Shown here: piece by piece, positions 11,723-23,019 of the stretch
Layout: every line of letters starts with the position of its first letter
Numbering within the stretch: position 1 is the stretch's first letter
NCBI RefSeq assembly: GCF_006345805.1
Contig: NC_043019.1
Span: 31,309,360 to 31,373,359, forward strand
Source: Octopus sinensis
Taxonomy: Eukaryota
Reading direction: 5' to 3'
Length of the DNA: 64,000 nt
Translations under genes and position numbers: made by a program
The notes under the pieces: model-generated
Database searches by the model: none
Told to the model about the DNA's origin: nothing
The model's input: the letters and a program-made list of their open reading frames with translations, nothing else

Positions 11723-12154
11723 TTCAGCTTCTTTCAGTTTCTGTCTACCAAATCCACTGACAAGACTTTGGCTGGTCTGGAAGTACAGAAAAAAACACTA
11801 GCCCAAGGTGCCATGCCATGGGACTGAACCCAGAACCATATAGTTGGGAAGCAAGCTTCGTACCACATAGTCACACCTGTGCATTTCATTTTTTTTAAAT
11901 GTACGTTATTGTTTTGCCTGATTAAGATAACCTATGATCACAGATGTTCCAGCCAAAACTATATCCAGAAGTTAATTGTCAAATGAATGTGTCCTGCTTA
12001 AAGAAGGATAAAAAAAAATTAAGGGAATCCTTTAGCACAGTTTTTGCCCCTTGAATAGCTTCCCCTGTCATTGCATTATTTTTGAGGGGACAAACGACAC
12101 GAGCACCTACAGTTTTAAAATTCTTTATAACTTTCGTTCTGTTGTGTGTAGAGA

Positions 12155-12478
12155 CTTGATTGTTTTGTATACTAATAAAGGAATGGATGAATAATATATT
12201 TATGTAATGCATTAAGGAATAGACGAAAAGAGTTGCCCCTCAGAAATGTACCTCTTTAGGGCCAGTGCTTTCCTTAAATCAACCAACTATAGATGATAGT
12301 ATCCACTCGGTACATCATTTTCAGTATAACTGTAAGGATAGTCTACGTCCTCATCATCACTCCGAATAGTTTCACCATGGATATCTGCCAGAGTAAATCC
12401 TTCAAAATCGTTATCTGAGTCAGAATCAAACAAGATTTCTTCCAGAAAAGCTTCAAATGCAGGAGCGGTAATTTTCAT
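12155..12478 (-). pseudogene. piggyBac-like transposase N-terminal relic
   Basis: MKIT...ILFDSDSDNDFEGFTLADI acidic start, then FKESTGPKEV (cf. F..xPGP of PGBD proteins) and LLVYKTI (cf. IV..TN) in shifted frames. Confidence 0.45.
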
Positions 12479-12568
12479 TCGTTAAGAAATTCCAGATAAA
12501 CTGCAACCGACACCAAAGCTTGATTACCTTCTGGTTAAGTATATAGGCTATGAAAATGGTGTGAGAAA

Positions 12569-12910
12569 CCATTCCGTGATGGTAGGCCCCTCGTCAGGAA
12601 TGTCACATATTGTGATACATTCTCCAGCAGCAACTTGGTGCTGTCAGCTGCCAGCCCAAACCCCGTAGCTCGTCAGGCTGAGGGAAAAAAAAAACTGCCA
12701 TGGTATCGGTCGCTCCCCGACAAGTTTATGGTCAATCCTGTGGCAGTTGAGACCTTCGACGGTCTTAGCCCTCGGACCATATCCCTGGTCACCGATATCG
12801 GGGCAGCAGAAGTTGCTATCTGCAAGTGCGAGCTCCGTGAGTCAGAGTGACCGTTCAAGCGCACCTCCCTCTACATCCTCTGGGGCAACGCCTTTTTCAT
12901 TTTGCTATGA
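12569..12910 (+). pseudogene. CRE-clade non-LTR retrotransposon C-terminal restriction-like endonuclease relic
   Basis: PFRDGRPLVRNVTYCDTFSSSNL...ARQAEGKK..WY...FMVNPVAVETFDG...KRTSLYILWGNA matches the G..LVWD.T..DT / AE..K..KY / P.AVET.G / QRGNA pattern. One internal stop. Confidence 0.8.
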
Positions 12911-12967
12911 GAAATGTTGAACTAGATAAAAGAAAGTGGCCTTTACTTCCATGTATAATGATATATG

Positions 12968-13294
12968 TGGAGGTGCAATGGCCCAGTGGTTAAGGCAGCG
13001 GACTCACGGCGGAGGATCGCGGTTTCGATTCCCAGACCGGGCGTTGCGAGTGTTTATTGAGCGAAAACACCTATAGCTCCACGAGACTCCGGCAGGGGCG
13101 GGGGGTACCCCTGTTGTACTCTTTCGCCACAACTTTCTCTCACTCTCTCTTCCTGTTTCTTGAGTAAAGCTGCGATGGACTGGCGTCCCGTCCAGCTGGT
13201 GGGGAACACATACGCCACAGAAACCAGGAAACCGGGCCCATGAGCCTGGCTAGGCTTTAAAAGGGCGACGTTTATCGTTTTTTTTTTTTTATAG
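12968..13294 (+). mobile_element. tRNA-derived SINE family E, full length with 9-bp TSD
   Basis: A-box GGCCCAGTGG, B-box GGTTTCGATTCC, GCGATGGACTGGCGTCCCGTCCAG segment, poly-T end. TSD TGATATATG at 12959-12967 and 13295-13303. Confidence 0.85.
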
Positions 13295-13884
13295 TGATAT
13301 ATGCAAGCAGTTAAATTTGTAGACAATCTCTTTATTTCTTTCTGAAACAGAAGTTTAGCCTTGTCCAACGATGTATTTAGTTTAAGCTCCCTTCTCAAGG
13401 CGACAAAATGCGTCTGCTACGTACCACAGGGGAGAAAACTCGTCGGCGACAACAGCACAGAAGAGAACCTATTTCTTGTAAGTCAAGCATTGTCGACAGG
13501 TTCTTTCATCGGTTTCTACTTTGTGTGTATCAAGAACAGAGCAAGATTAAGTGATAATTACTATTAAATACAACACATTTGCTGTAACAATTTCTTGCAT
13601 GTTCTGCCAGTTTCTATATAATTTTACCCTGAAAGATAAGGTTAGTCTCATCTTGTGCTTCGCTGATAACCGTTGATTATAAACCAGTTATTTCCATTTG
13701 CAACAGATTGGTATTTGTGGAACTACTATTTCTGTCAGTTTCTTAGATTTAAAGTAAATTTGATTTTGTTGGTTTTATTGTCTACAGATAAAAGTACTTA
13801 ATCAATTGGAAATGTCTAATTCTGTGTCTGAATCTATCAGTTCTTGTCCAATAGTATTGACATAGTGGAAAGATGAATATGTAG

Positions 13885-14045
13885 ATACAGGTGTGGCAGT
13901 GTTGTTATAAGTTTGTCTCTCCACCGCATGGTTCCGAGTTCAGTCCAACTGTATTGCACCTTGGGTAAGTGTCTTCTATAACTCCAGGCCGTACTGGTAC
14001 CTTGTGAGTGGATTTGGTCGATAGAAATTAAAAGACCTTCATGTA
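13885..14045 (+). mobile_element. SINE family C head
   Basis: GTTCAGTCCAAC...CCTTGGGTAAGTGTCTTCT...GTGAGTGGATTTGG. Confidence 0.7.
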
Positions 14046-14152
14046 TATGCTCACATATATATATCGTCAATAAATAATAAATCCGAAAGAGAAGCTCATT
14101 CGACTTTATAGAGCAGTAGAGTATTTAGATAAAGATAGTTATGGCCGGTTCA

Positions 14153-14216
14153 TAGGGTTACCCAGGGTTTTGCGTCCATAAAGCGCTTGGGTTTACATAC
14201 GTCTCGTTGGGCCCTA
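14153..14216 (-). ncRNA. Degenerate hammerhead, homolog of 27533-27592
   Basis: TAGGGC CCAACGA...AAAAC CCTGG GTA ACCCTA. G5 and G12 are mutated. Flanked by 20-bp inverted repeats at 14121-14140 and 14232-14251. Confidence 0.5.
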
Positions 14217-14492
14217 ATGGCCACCGACCAGAACTGTCTTTATCTAAATACATATGTATGTGTGTGTGTGTATAGGTTATGAGAGGTATTGGTGTCAAGA
14301 AGACCCAAAGGTGTCAGGTAATGTTGATTAAGTGCTATGGACAGACTATAGTTAAGCTCCAGGTTCGGTGATTATGCGAATGAGGAGTTCAACGTAGGTC
14401 ATATATTAGCATGCATATATATAAAAAAAATTTAACAGAATGAGATAAAAATCCAAGGCTGTGAAAGATTTCAGAACATTTATAAAGAAAAG

Positions 14493-14540
14493 GTCTTACA
14501 GCTGTTTCCGGGATATTTTATATATCCTTTCATCGGAGAC
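14493..14540 (-). ncRNA. Minimal type I hammerhead with U4C core variant
   Basis: GTCT CCGATGA AA GGATAT-ATAAA-ATATCC CG GAAAC AGCT GTA AGAC: stem I GTCT/AGAC, palindromic AGCT stem-III loop, GUA triplet. Confidence 0.65.
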
Positions 14541-14840
14541 GATTCTGCTTAAATAATGGAACTGCAGATACAAAATCCCTGCATATCTCACGTCTGTTTT
14601 CATTCCTCTACTTCACTCTCTATTTCATATTTTCTCTAGAATAACTATTGCTTAACCATTTTTTCGCATCGTCTCCGATGAATTGTCAGGGAAACCTAAG
14701 GTGATCCCATTAACCGGTCTTCCCCATTTTTAAGATATACTGCTCTACATCTTAGAGTGTGCTTCTTTCGGAGTTATGTTTTTACAAACTATACATACAT
14801 ACATACACACACACATATATATATATATATATAATATATA

Positions 14841-14918
<78 letters not shown>

Positions 14919-15183
14919 ATATTTATATACATTCGCCATGATAGATTGCTAGCCACTACAGATTCTTTATTTTCTCTCCTTGTTTCTTCTCTTAGTTTTA
15001 ATTAAAATCTGACTGTTACACGTCTCATGTCAGGGTCCTTCAAGTACCCTGGTAATTTCACGCATTTTCAAAGTGTTGTCCTGATCTTTTGTTTGTCTGC
15101 TGAACGGGTAGCCCTCCTTCTAGTTGAATGCGATCGAGGGCCAAAACTCGAGTTGTGGTAAGAATCATTTACGCACGTACAGA

Positions 15184-15352
15184 CACTAGCATAGCTAGAG
15201 TGAGTGCCGCCTAGGGCGGCCCTTCCGTTTTCCACCCCACCTCCACCAGACCCCACAAAAAACATATATTGCCTACGGCAGACCCAGAAGTGCCGCCCGG
15301 GACAGACCCCCATCTCCAAGGTAGACACCCTCCCCCCTCAGCTACGCTCGTG
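15184..15352. mobile_element. GC-rich hAT-like MITE
   Basis: Imperfect TIRs CACTAGCATAGCTAG / TCAGCTACGCTCGTG, with partly matching 8-bp flanks CGTACAGA / CGTGGAGG. Confidence 0.6.
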
Positions 15353-15600
15353 CGTGGAGGACTGTTTTAGCTTTATTTAGATATAAAACTCGATGGGGAT
15401 ACGTCAGATAATCGTTCCGAAATATCAAAGTTAATTTTCACTTAGAAAAGATCATCATTTCTTCAAGATTTTTACACCATAAAAAAGAAAAATGTCTTGC
15501 TAAATCATCATGGGTGTTGCCGATTCTGACCACGGTATGGCGAAAAAGCACAAAGCGAAAAGAGAGAATGCTTTTTGAACACGATTAATATTGATGCTAC

Positions 15601-15794
15601 GTCTGTCTTTACGTTCTGAGTTCAAATTCCGCCGCGGTCGACTTTGCCTTTCATCCTTTCGGGGCCGATAAATTAAGTGCTAGTTGCGTACTGGGGGTCG
15701 ATAAATTAAGTATCAGTTGCGTACTGGGGTCGATCTAATCGACTGGCCGCTTCCCCCAAAATTTTCAGGCCTTGTGCCTAGAGTAGACAAGAAG
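15601..15794 (+). mobile_element. 5'-truncated SINE family A with 14-bp TSD
   Basis: TSD AATATTGATGCTAC at 15587-15600 and 15795-15808, plus an internal ~30-bp duplication. Confidence 0.9.
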
Positions 15795-16980
15795 AATATT
15801 GATGCTACTTGTCAAACAGAAAGGCATTTCGGTAGACGAATTCAAGCTTCAGATATCGATTTTGATCCAAAATTTCAAGAAATGAACAAATTAATTGGTA
15901 AGTAAACATATTTCTACGAGAATTTGCACTAAATTGAGTTAATTAGGGCGTCTAGAGTCTAAAATTAATTTGTAATCGTCGTATCGATAATGTTATTTAT
16001 TCTCCATCGCTTTGTACCGAGCGACGTATGAATTTTGCACATTCTTCTTATACAAGTGAATTCCATATTTCTTAGAGAAATATTGGTCTATTTTCGTCAA
16101 TAAAGATTATATAACGCAATGAATATTATTTTGTCGGCTATTAAAGTCCGATGTGAAGTTTATTTAATTTGTTTCTCCCAATTTTGAATACAGTCGAATA
16201 TTTATTTTGCCGTAATGTTTATACTTTCACAAGTGTTGATTTTCCCTTTTGTATTTTGTAACGATTATCTGAACTATCGCCATCGAGATTTATATCAGAT
16301 TTATATAAATCTTTAAAAAAAATCTTCGGTAAATTTTAAATTTTCCGAGTAACACCCGAAAATAATACTTTCGAAAATTAATAGCGATATCTGTTCAGAA
16401 TATATAGGGATTTGTTGGAACGGATTTTCCCGAAGGGTTGAGCAGACGATTTTCGGAAAATTCATACGACCAGACGACATTGTTTCCTCGTAGCTTTCAA
16501 TGAAATACTACTATACCAAGGTCTCTATTAATTTATGAAATTCGAAGATAATTATCACCTGCGTGCGCTCAAGCGTATTGAACTAGATTGAGGGCTACCG
16601 TTTAATAGTAAAAAAAATAATTATAAATAAATAAAATTCGGGATAAATTTTGCGAATAGGTGGAAATAACGAGGTATTTGAGGGATCCTGACATCTTTGG
16701 TAAGTGTCAAATTTTTCTTAAAATTATATGGGAACAAAATTCACATTCAGAACTTTCAAACGATATGTAATTTTCCAAGGAAAATTGTTAATGGGGTACT
16801 AAAAATGGGTTTTTGCGTGATTTTTTTTACGTGTGACCGTAGAGAGGATTCATTTTTATACCCCGTATCGGTGTATCGGAACAGCTCCTTGCAGATAACG
16901 GATCTCGATGTAACCATGTCTGAATATGCATGAAATGCTCGCAATAGCTGTAATTTAATTTAATTATTTGTAAGGCTGTG

Positions 16981-17903
16981 CTTCGGATCAGGACGCCCAC
17001 ATAATTCCAATTTTCTCCGTTTTGCTGGAGATTTTGCTCAGTTTGTTTTTCGCCTCAAGCCTTGGAAATGAAGAAGGGAAGCTTTTTATGAAACAAAATT
17101 TTTTTTTTAATTTGACATTTTACCCCACCACCTGTCAGAACCGATTTCGCCCAATTTTTTTCTTCTTTTCTTTTTGGTACTAGGCGCTTACAAAGCAATG
17201 GGAGAAAAGCCTTTATAATGGGGAAAAAATTATGAAAATATTTTGAGACATAAAAGTATGTGATTTAATGAAAATTTAGCTGCTGTTTCTACCAGGTTTG
17301 CGTGGGATGTACTAGAAACAGCCTTTTCACATACCTTTTCGTCTCAAAATATTTTCATATTTTTTTTCTACTATAAAGGCTTCTCTAATTAGTGCCAAAC
17401 AAATTGACTTAAATCTATTCGGAGTAGGCGGGGAGTCATAAACTTTCCAAATTTTTTTTTTCATAAAATGCTTCCCTCCGCCGTCATTTCCAAAGCCATG
17501 GTGAGAAAAGCAATGGGAGAACCCTTTATAATGAGGAAAAAATTATGAAAATATTTTGAGACATAAAAGTATGTGATTTAATGAAAATTTAGCTGCTGTT
17601 TCTACCAGGTTTGCATGGGATGTACTAGAAACAGCAGCTAAATCTCCCTTAAATCACATAACTTTTCGTCTCAAAATATTTTCATAATTTTTTTCTACTA
17701 TAAAGGCTTCTCTAATTGCCTAGTGCCAAACAAATTGACTTAAATCTATTCGGAGTAGGCAGGGAGTCATAAACTTTCCAAAATTTTTTTTCATAGAAAG
17801 CTTCTCCCCGCCATCATTTCCAAAGCCATGGTGAGAAAACAAAAGGGGGAAATCACCATCTTAACGGAGAAAATCCGACTTCGGTTGTCGTCCTGATCCG
17901 AAG
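16981..17903. mobile_element. ~920-bp non-autonomous TIR element with internal direct and inverted modules
   Basis: Perfect 15-bp TIR CTTCGGATCAGGACG at 16981-16995 and 17889-17903, subterminal ATTTTCTCCGTT pair, ~320-bp internal duplication. Confidence 0.8.
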
Positions 17904-17994
17904 TTCTGCAATTATAGCAATTTTTAATAGTTCAATTAAAATTCTATAGAAACGCTGTCATGTCCTAAAATCTCATGATTTATATATCTCCATA

Positions 17995-18172
17995 CCTATT
18001 TCTTTACTACCCACAAGGGGCTAAACATAGAAAGGACAAACAAGGAAGAACATAGGTATTAAGTCGATTACATCGACCCCAGTGCGTAACTGGTACTTAA
18101 TTTATCGACCCCGAAAGGATGAAAGGCAAAGTCGACCTCGGCGGAATTTGAACTCAGAATGTAACGGCAGAA
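17995..18172 (-). mobile_element. SINE family A, young copy lacking the extreme head
   Basis: Near-consensus GTCGATTACATCGACCCCAGTGCGTAACTGGTAC...GTCGACCTCGGCGGAATTTGAACTCAG. Confidence 0.85.
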
Positions 18173-18599
18173 CCTCCTACCAATGTGTCAAACCTCAATG
18201 TTCGTGTGGCTTGTAGTTTTGGATTTAGCTTGGTCTGAAAGTGCTGCAAAAAATCGACCATTTGTTACACACAACAAAATAGGCTTTACATAAATATTCA
18301 AAATATTGCCAAAAAATGTTTTTTTTTCCAAGAACCAGAAAAAAATTAATCAACTACTATACCATGGTCCCTATTAATTTGTGTAATTTGAAGCTAATTA
18401 TCACCTGAATTTCAAAGATACGACATTGCAAGAATAGCTACTTGTTCTTTTTTGGAAATTAGGCAAAATTTCGACCATTTATTTTACTAACCATTCAAAT
18501 TGTCTTATTTCCTGAAATATTCATCCAAATTTCACAAATGGAGTATCAAAATGTTTCTTTTTGGAAGCTAAGAAAAAGTACAGTAGAAATTACATTTAA

Positions 18600-19560
18600 A
18601 TACTTTCGAAAATTAAGTGAAATCTATTCAGAGTACATAGGGATTTGTTGGAAAGGATTTTCCTGAGTTTTGGAAAATTCACATGACCCGACATTGTTTC
18701 CTCATAACTTTCAAGAAAATGGTTATCTTTCAATGAAATTTTATACAAATATCTTTCAAGCAGCATAGATTATGATTATTAAGGAATTTGTTGGGAAATT
18801 TTTTTCCAAGGGTGTGGGAAGAGGAGTTTCAGATCACAAAGCCCACATAATTTGGAATTTCTCCATTTGACAGGGAATTTTTCAATTTTTTTTCAGTCAA
18901 GTCTTTCGAAATAATGGGGTGCATCTTTTTATGAAAACATGTTTTGAAAATGTGATCTTTTTTCACTTCACCAACAGCCACTCCTCCCCCACTCCAGACC
19001 GATTTTAGCCTTTTTTTCTTTTTACTATGCACTTAAAAATCCTTTTAAGAAGCCTTTTTGGTAAAAAAAAAAGAAATTTACAAATATTTTCAGAGGAAAA
19101 AGTATGATAGTTAATGAAATTTGGCTGTTGTTTCTAGCACATCCCAAGACCACCTTCCTCGTTTCTTTCTCACCTTCACATGTATTATTAATGTTTGTCA
19201 ATATTTTTTCTCTCCATAATGACATGTTTTAAATCACTGTGGATAACTCCCAACATAACACCCCTCCATTATTACGCCAAGGTAAAAAAAAAAAAATTGG
19301 AAAAAACCCTGTTGAAACAGAAATTCCAACTTAAGTAGGCTTCCCAATCTAAAACTCTGGTTTTCTGAAACTTCTCTCCCCACCCTCTCGGAAAAAAATT
19401 TCCCAACAAATTCTTTTATAACCATACTCTATACGATTTGAAAGGTATTTGTATAAAATTTCATTAAATAATACCCATTTTTCTGAAAGTTGTGAGGAAA
19501 AACATTCCAGTTGTGTGAATTTTCCAAAACTCCTTTCCCCATTCCCTCGGAATATATATT
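18600..19560. mobile_element. Foldback-like element with long imperfect inverted arms
   Basis: 18690-18815 is the reverse complement of 19379-19497. Modules are also shared with 16365-16560. Confidence 0.7.
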
Positions 19561-19644
19561 TTGAATCTACAAGATCTAAGCAGTATTTGTTGAAAATCTC
19601 ATTAAAAAGTATCCATTGTGAGACTACAAAGTCAGGGTGGGAGG

Positions 19645-19815
19645 TACACATCTGTAGAAATGCCGTTTGTACATTTAAATTCTCTCTAATGTTGAAGTTT
19701 GGAACATGTCCCTCCAGGATTTTCCATACATATATGATTGTAAATTTCTCTCTTCAGCATTCAAGAGTGGAGAAACACAAAGCTTTCAGGCATTCCAAAT
19801 AATTAAAACTTTGTA
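19645..19815 (-). pseudogene. CR1/L2-group LINE ORF2 C-terminal relic
   Basis: NYLECLKALCFSTLEC*REKFTIIYVWKILEGHVPNF (cf. Y.ERLK.L.L.SLERRRERY.IIY.WKILEG.VPN). Confidence 0.65.
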
Positions 19816-20020
19816 ACCATTCAGTTTCTTCTCCGAGACACGTGTATGTGTTTATGTGTATACATATATATGTAAGAATTAAGCAAGCCAGAACACCAAA
19901 TTTCAGAATGCGAAAAATGTAAATAAACCATTAGAATAAAATAGATTTCTGCTGTAAGAGGTTAGCAGTTCTGATACTGCATTCCTGCTTAATGATTACC
20001 TTAAGGATATTCCAAGGATA

Positions 20021-20363
20021 GTGAAGGCGCATGGCTCAGTGGTTAGAGTGTCGAGTTTACGATCGTGAGGCTGTGAGTTTGAATCCCGGACCGGGCTGTG
20101 TGTTGTGTTCTTGAGCAAGACACTTTATTTCACGTTGCTCCAGTTCACTCAGCTGTAGAAATAAGTTGCGACATCACAGGTGCCAAGCTGTATCATCCTT
20201 TGCCTTTCCCTTGTATAACACTGGTGGCATGAAGAGGGGAGGCCGGTATGCATGGTAGACTGCTGATCTTCCATAAGCAAACTTGCCTGGACTTGTACCT
20301 GGGAGGGTAACTTTCTAGGTACAATCCTACTGTCAGTCATGACCGAAGCGGGGTGGGTCTCAG
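20021..20363 (+). mobile_element. tRNA-derived SINE family D, full length with 12-bp TSD
   Basis: Head GTGAAGGCGCATGGCTCAGTGGTTAGAG, B-box GAGTTTGAATCC, CTTGAGCAAGACACTT central segment. TSD ATTCCAAGGATA at 20009-20020 and 20364-20375. Confidence 0.9.
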
Positions 20364-20644
20364 ATTCCAAGGATATGAAGTCAGGAAATACTAAGCTAAA
20401 CTAACCAAGATATATGTGTGTATGTATGTGCATAATATATATATATATAATGAATTTATTATGTGCAGTGCTCAGCTGCACTACAGTGCATCGGAAAAGG
20501 AAACAAAAAGTGCATGCACAGTTCATAGAATAAAGCACAAATGCACAAAATGGGAGGAAAGTGAACTTAGAATGCATCACTAAAAAAAGGAACATCAGGC
20601 ATAGTGTTGGCTAATTTCAGTAAGCATGTGTGTGTGTGTGTGCG

Positions 20645-20882
20645 TGTGTGTGTGTACGTGGCTGTGTGGTTAAGAAGCTTGCTTTGCTACAATATGTTTT
20701 ACAGGTTCAGTTCCACTGTGTGACATCTTGGGAAAGTGCCTTCTATTATAGCCCCGCATCAACTAATACTTTGAGAGTGAATTTGATGGATGGAAACTGT
20801 GTGGAAGCCCATAATATATATACATATATATATATAAAACACATGTATGTGTGTATATATATATATATATATAAACACATAC

Positions 20883-20914
<32 letters not shown>

Positions 20915-21352
20915 GTAATATGTACACACACACACATATACACATGTATATATAAATATATATACATATACACACATATATCACATATGTATTTGTGTCA
21001 TTCTTTGTACTTGTGTTTGTCTGCACCACCTCCACTTGAGAGTAGGTGTTGGTTTTATTATCTCCTTGTAAATACCATACTTAAAAAATAAGTATTGGGG
21101 TCAATTTGTTCAACTAAAACTCATCAAGGTACTTACTGCCCCAGCATCACTGCAGTCCAATGATTGGAACAAATAAAAGATCAAACACTAGGCACAGGCG
21201 TGTAGCTATGTGGTAAACTTGCTTCCCAAATACATGGTTCTAGGTTCAGTCCCACTATGTGGCACCCTGGGCGAGTGTCTTCTACTATAGCCTCGGGCCG
21301 ACCAAAGCCTTGTGAGTGGATTTGGTTGACGGAAACTGAAAGAAGCCCATCG

Positions 21353-21355
<3 letters not shown>
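20645..21355 (+). mobile_element. SINE family C with internal microsatellite (20645-21185), followed by a second family C head (21190-21355)
   Basis: Family head and tail motifs on either side of a (TA)/(GT)/(CA) core. Confidence 0.75.
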
Positions 21356-21386
<31 letters not shown>

Positions 21387-21396
21387 ATATATATAT

Positions 21397-21835
21397 GTCA
21401 TCATCATCATCATCATTATCGTTTAACATGCACCTTCCATGCTAGGCTAGGTGGGCCAGTTTCAGAAGAGCCAACCAGGCAGAAGCCTACACCAGGCTTC
21501 TGTGACTGTTTTGGCAGGATTTTTACAGCTGGATGCCCTTCCTAACACCACCCACCCAACAGAATGGACTCAGTGCTTTTTACATGGTGCAAGCACAGGC
21601 AAGGTCAGTTTTGGCAAGGTTTTTACAGCTGGATGCCCTTCCTAACACCACCCACCCAACAGAATGGACTCAGTGCTTTTTACATGGTGCAAGCACAGGC
21701 AAGGTCAGTTTTGGCAAGGTTTTTACAGCTGGATGCCCTTCCTAACACCAACCACTTTACAGTGTGTACTGGGTACTTTTAAGTGGAACTTGCACTGATA
21801 AGGTCACCAAGTAATTTGCAAGACCAAAAAAAAAA
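21397..21835 (-). mobile_element. Repeat family B with an exact 100-bp internal tandem duplication
   Basis: TTTTACAGCTGGATGCCCTTCCTAACACCA at 21521, 21621 and 21721. Confidence 0.85.
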
Positions 21836-22467
21836 TCTGTGTCTGTATTTGTCCCCCTCATCACCACTTGACAACTGCTGTTGGTGAGTTTATGTCCCTG
21901 TAACTCAGCAGTTCAGCAAAAGAAGCCGATAGAATATGTACTAGACTTAAAAAATAAATCTTAGGGTCAATTTGTTCGACAAAACTCTTTCAAAGTGTTG
22001 CTTCAGCATGGCCACAGTCAAATGATTGATACAAATATAAGAATAAAAGAATACAATACAATCACATACAAACTGTAATATTGAAACTGAATAGGTTTAA
22101 AAGATAATTGAAAAGCGGGTGTGAGCTTTCATCTCAGATTTCATTACTTAGTGAAGCAATTTGCCATCACTTGGATCTCTTCATTTCTATATTGATAAAG
22201 GTATAAATACATTAAAATAATGAAAATGATTATTAACTGGGTATTGATAAATATTTAAATCTTTTATCGTTTTATGTTTTGCTTGTTTCAGTCATTGGAC
22301 TGCAGCCATACTTCAAATGAAGGGTTTCATTCAAATAAATTGACCCCAGTAATTATATATCTTTCCTTTTGTTGCCTTGTATTTAATTCTATCAATCTCT
22401 AATGCTGGTTAACTAAATTATGGAGATGTAAATAAACCAACACCAGTTTTCAAATGGTGGTGTCAGA

Positions 22468-22510
<43 letters not shown>

Positions 22511-22517
22511 GTATATA

Positions 22518-22734
22518 TGAGGGTACGTTGAAAAGTTCCTGGCTTTAAGGGTATCATGAAAGGCCTAGTTGGAAGCTCAACCTTCTAAGTTCTTTTACAG
22601 GGCTTAGAAAAGTTGAAGGATTGCTGCAATTAGTGTGTGAAACTTAGAGAGGGAATATATTGGATAAAATAATTAACTGATCCTCCTGTATTTTCCTTTA
22701 CCCGAAGCCAGGAACTTTACAACCCTCCGCCTCA
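22518..22734 (+). mobile_element. Mariner internal-deletion derivative (MITE)
   Basis: TA|TGAGGG..GTTGAAAAGTTCCTGGC ... GCCAGGAACTTT..AACC..CCTCA|TA, with remnant EKLKDCCN*CVKL..EYIG* of the transposase C-terminus. Confidence 0.8.
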
Positions 22735-22830
22735 TATGTATATATATATATGAAAGAAAAAAGGTGTTCAGAATGCTGGATGGTTGTAAAAATATATATT
22801 TATTTACATATCACATATTATTTCTTCATA

Positions 22831-22868
22831 TTTGCGCTTTCAACTACTCCTGTAGTTTCATCAGAATG
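22831..22868 (-). ncRNA. Hammerhead-like motif, cleavage-site U missing
   Basis: catt CTGATGA AACTAC-AGGA-GTAGTT GAAA GCGC A AAT: perfect 6-bp stem II and palindromic GCGC. Confidence 0.55.
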
Positions 22869-23019
22869 GGAATGGCGGTGCCCCAGCATGTCCACAGCTC
22901 ATGAGCTGAAACTAGATAAAATAAAATAAATATATATTTTTACAACCATCCAGCATTCTGAACACCATTTTTCTTTCATATGTATTAAATCTGTACATCA
23001 CCCCAATACTTCTAACTTA

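Noticed and set aside
15184-15352. GC-rich block as a promoter/CpG island core
   Set aside because: Bounded by TIRs, so better explained as an hAT-like MITE.
16560-16590. Hairpin + CTAG as a Helitron 3' end
   Set aside because: Weak stem, the next base is A rather than T, and no matching 5' TC end was found.
20021-20095. tRNA genes at SINE heads (also 12968, 32887, 40350-40424 and ~41590-41650)
   Set aside because: A/B boxes are present but cloverleaf arms are broken, and the sequences continue into SINE bodies with TSDs.
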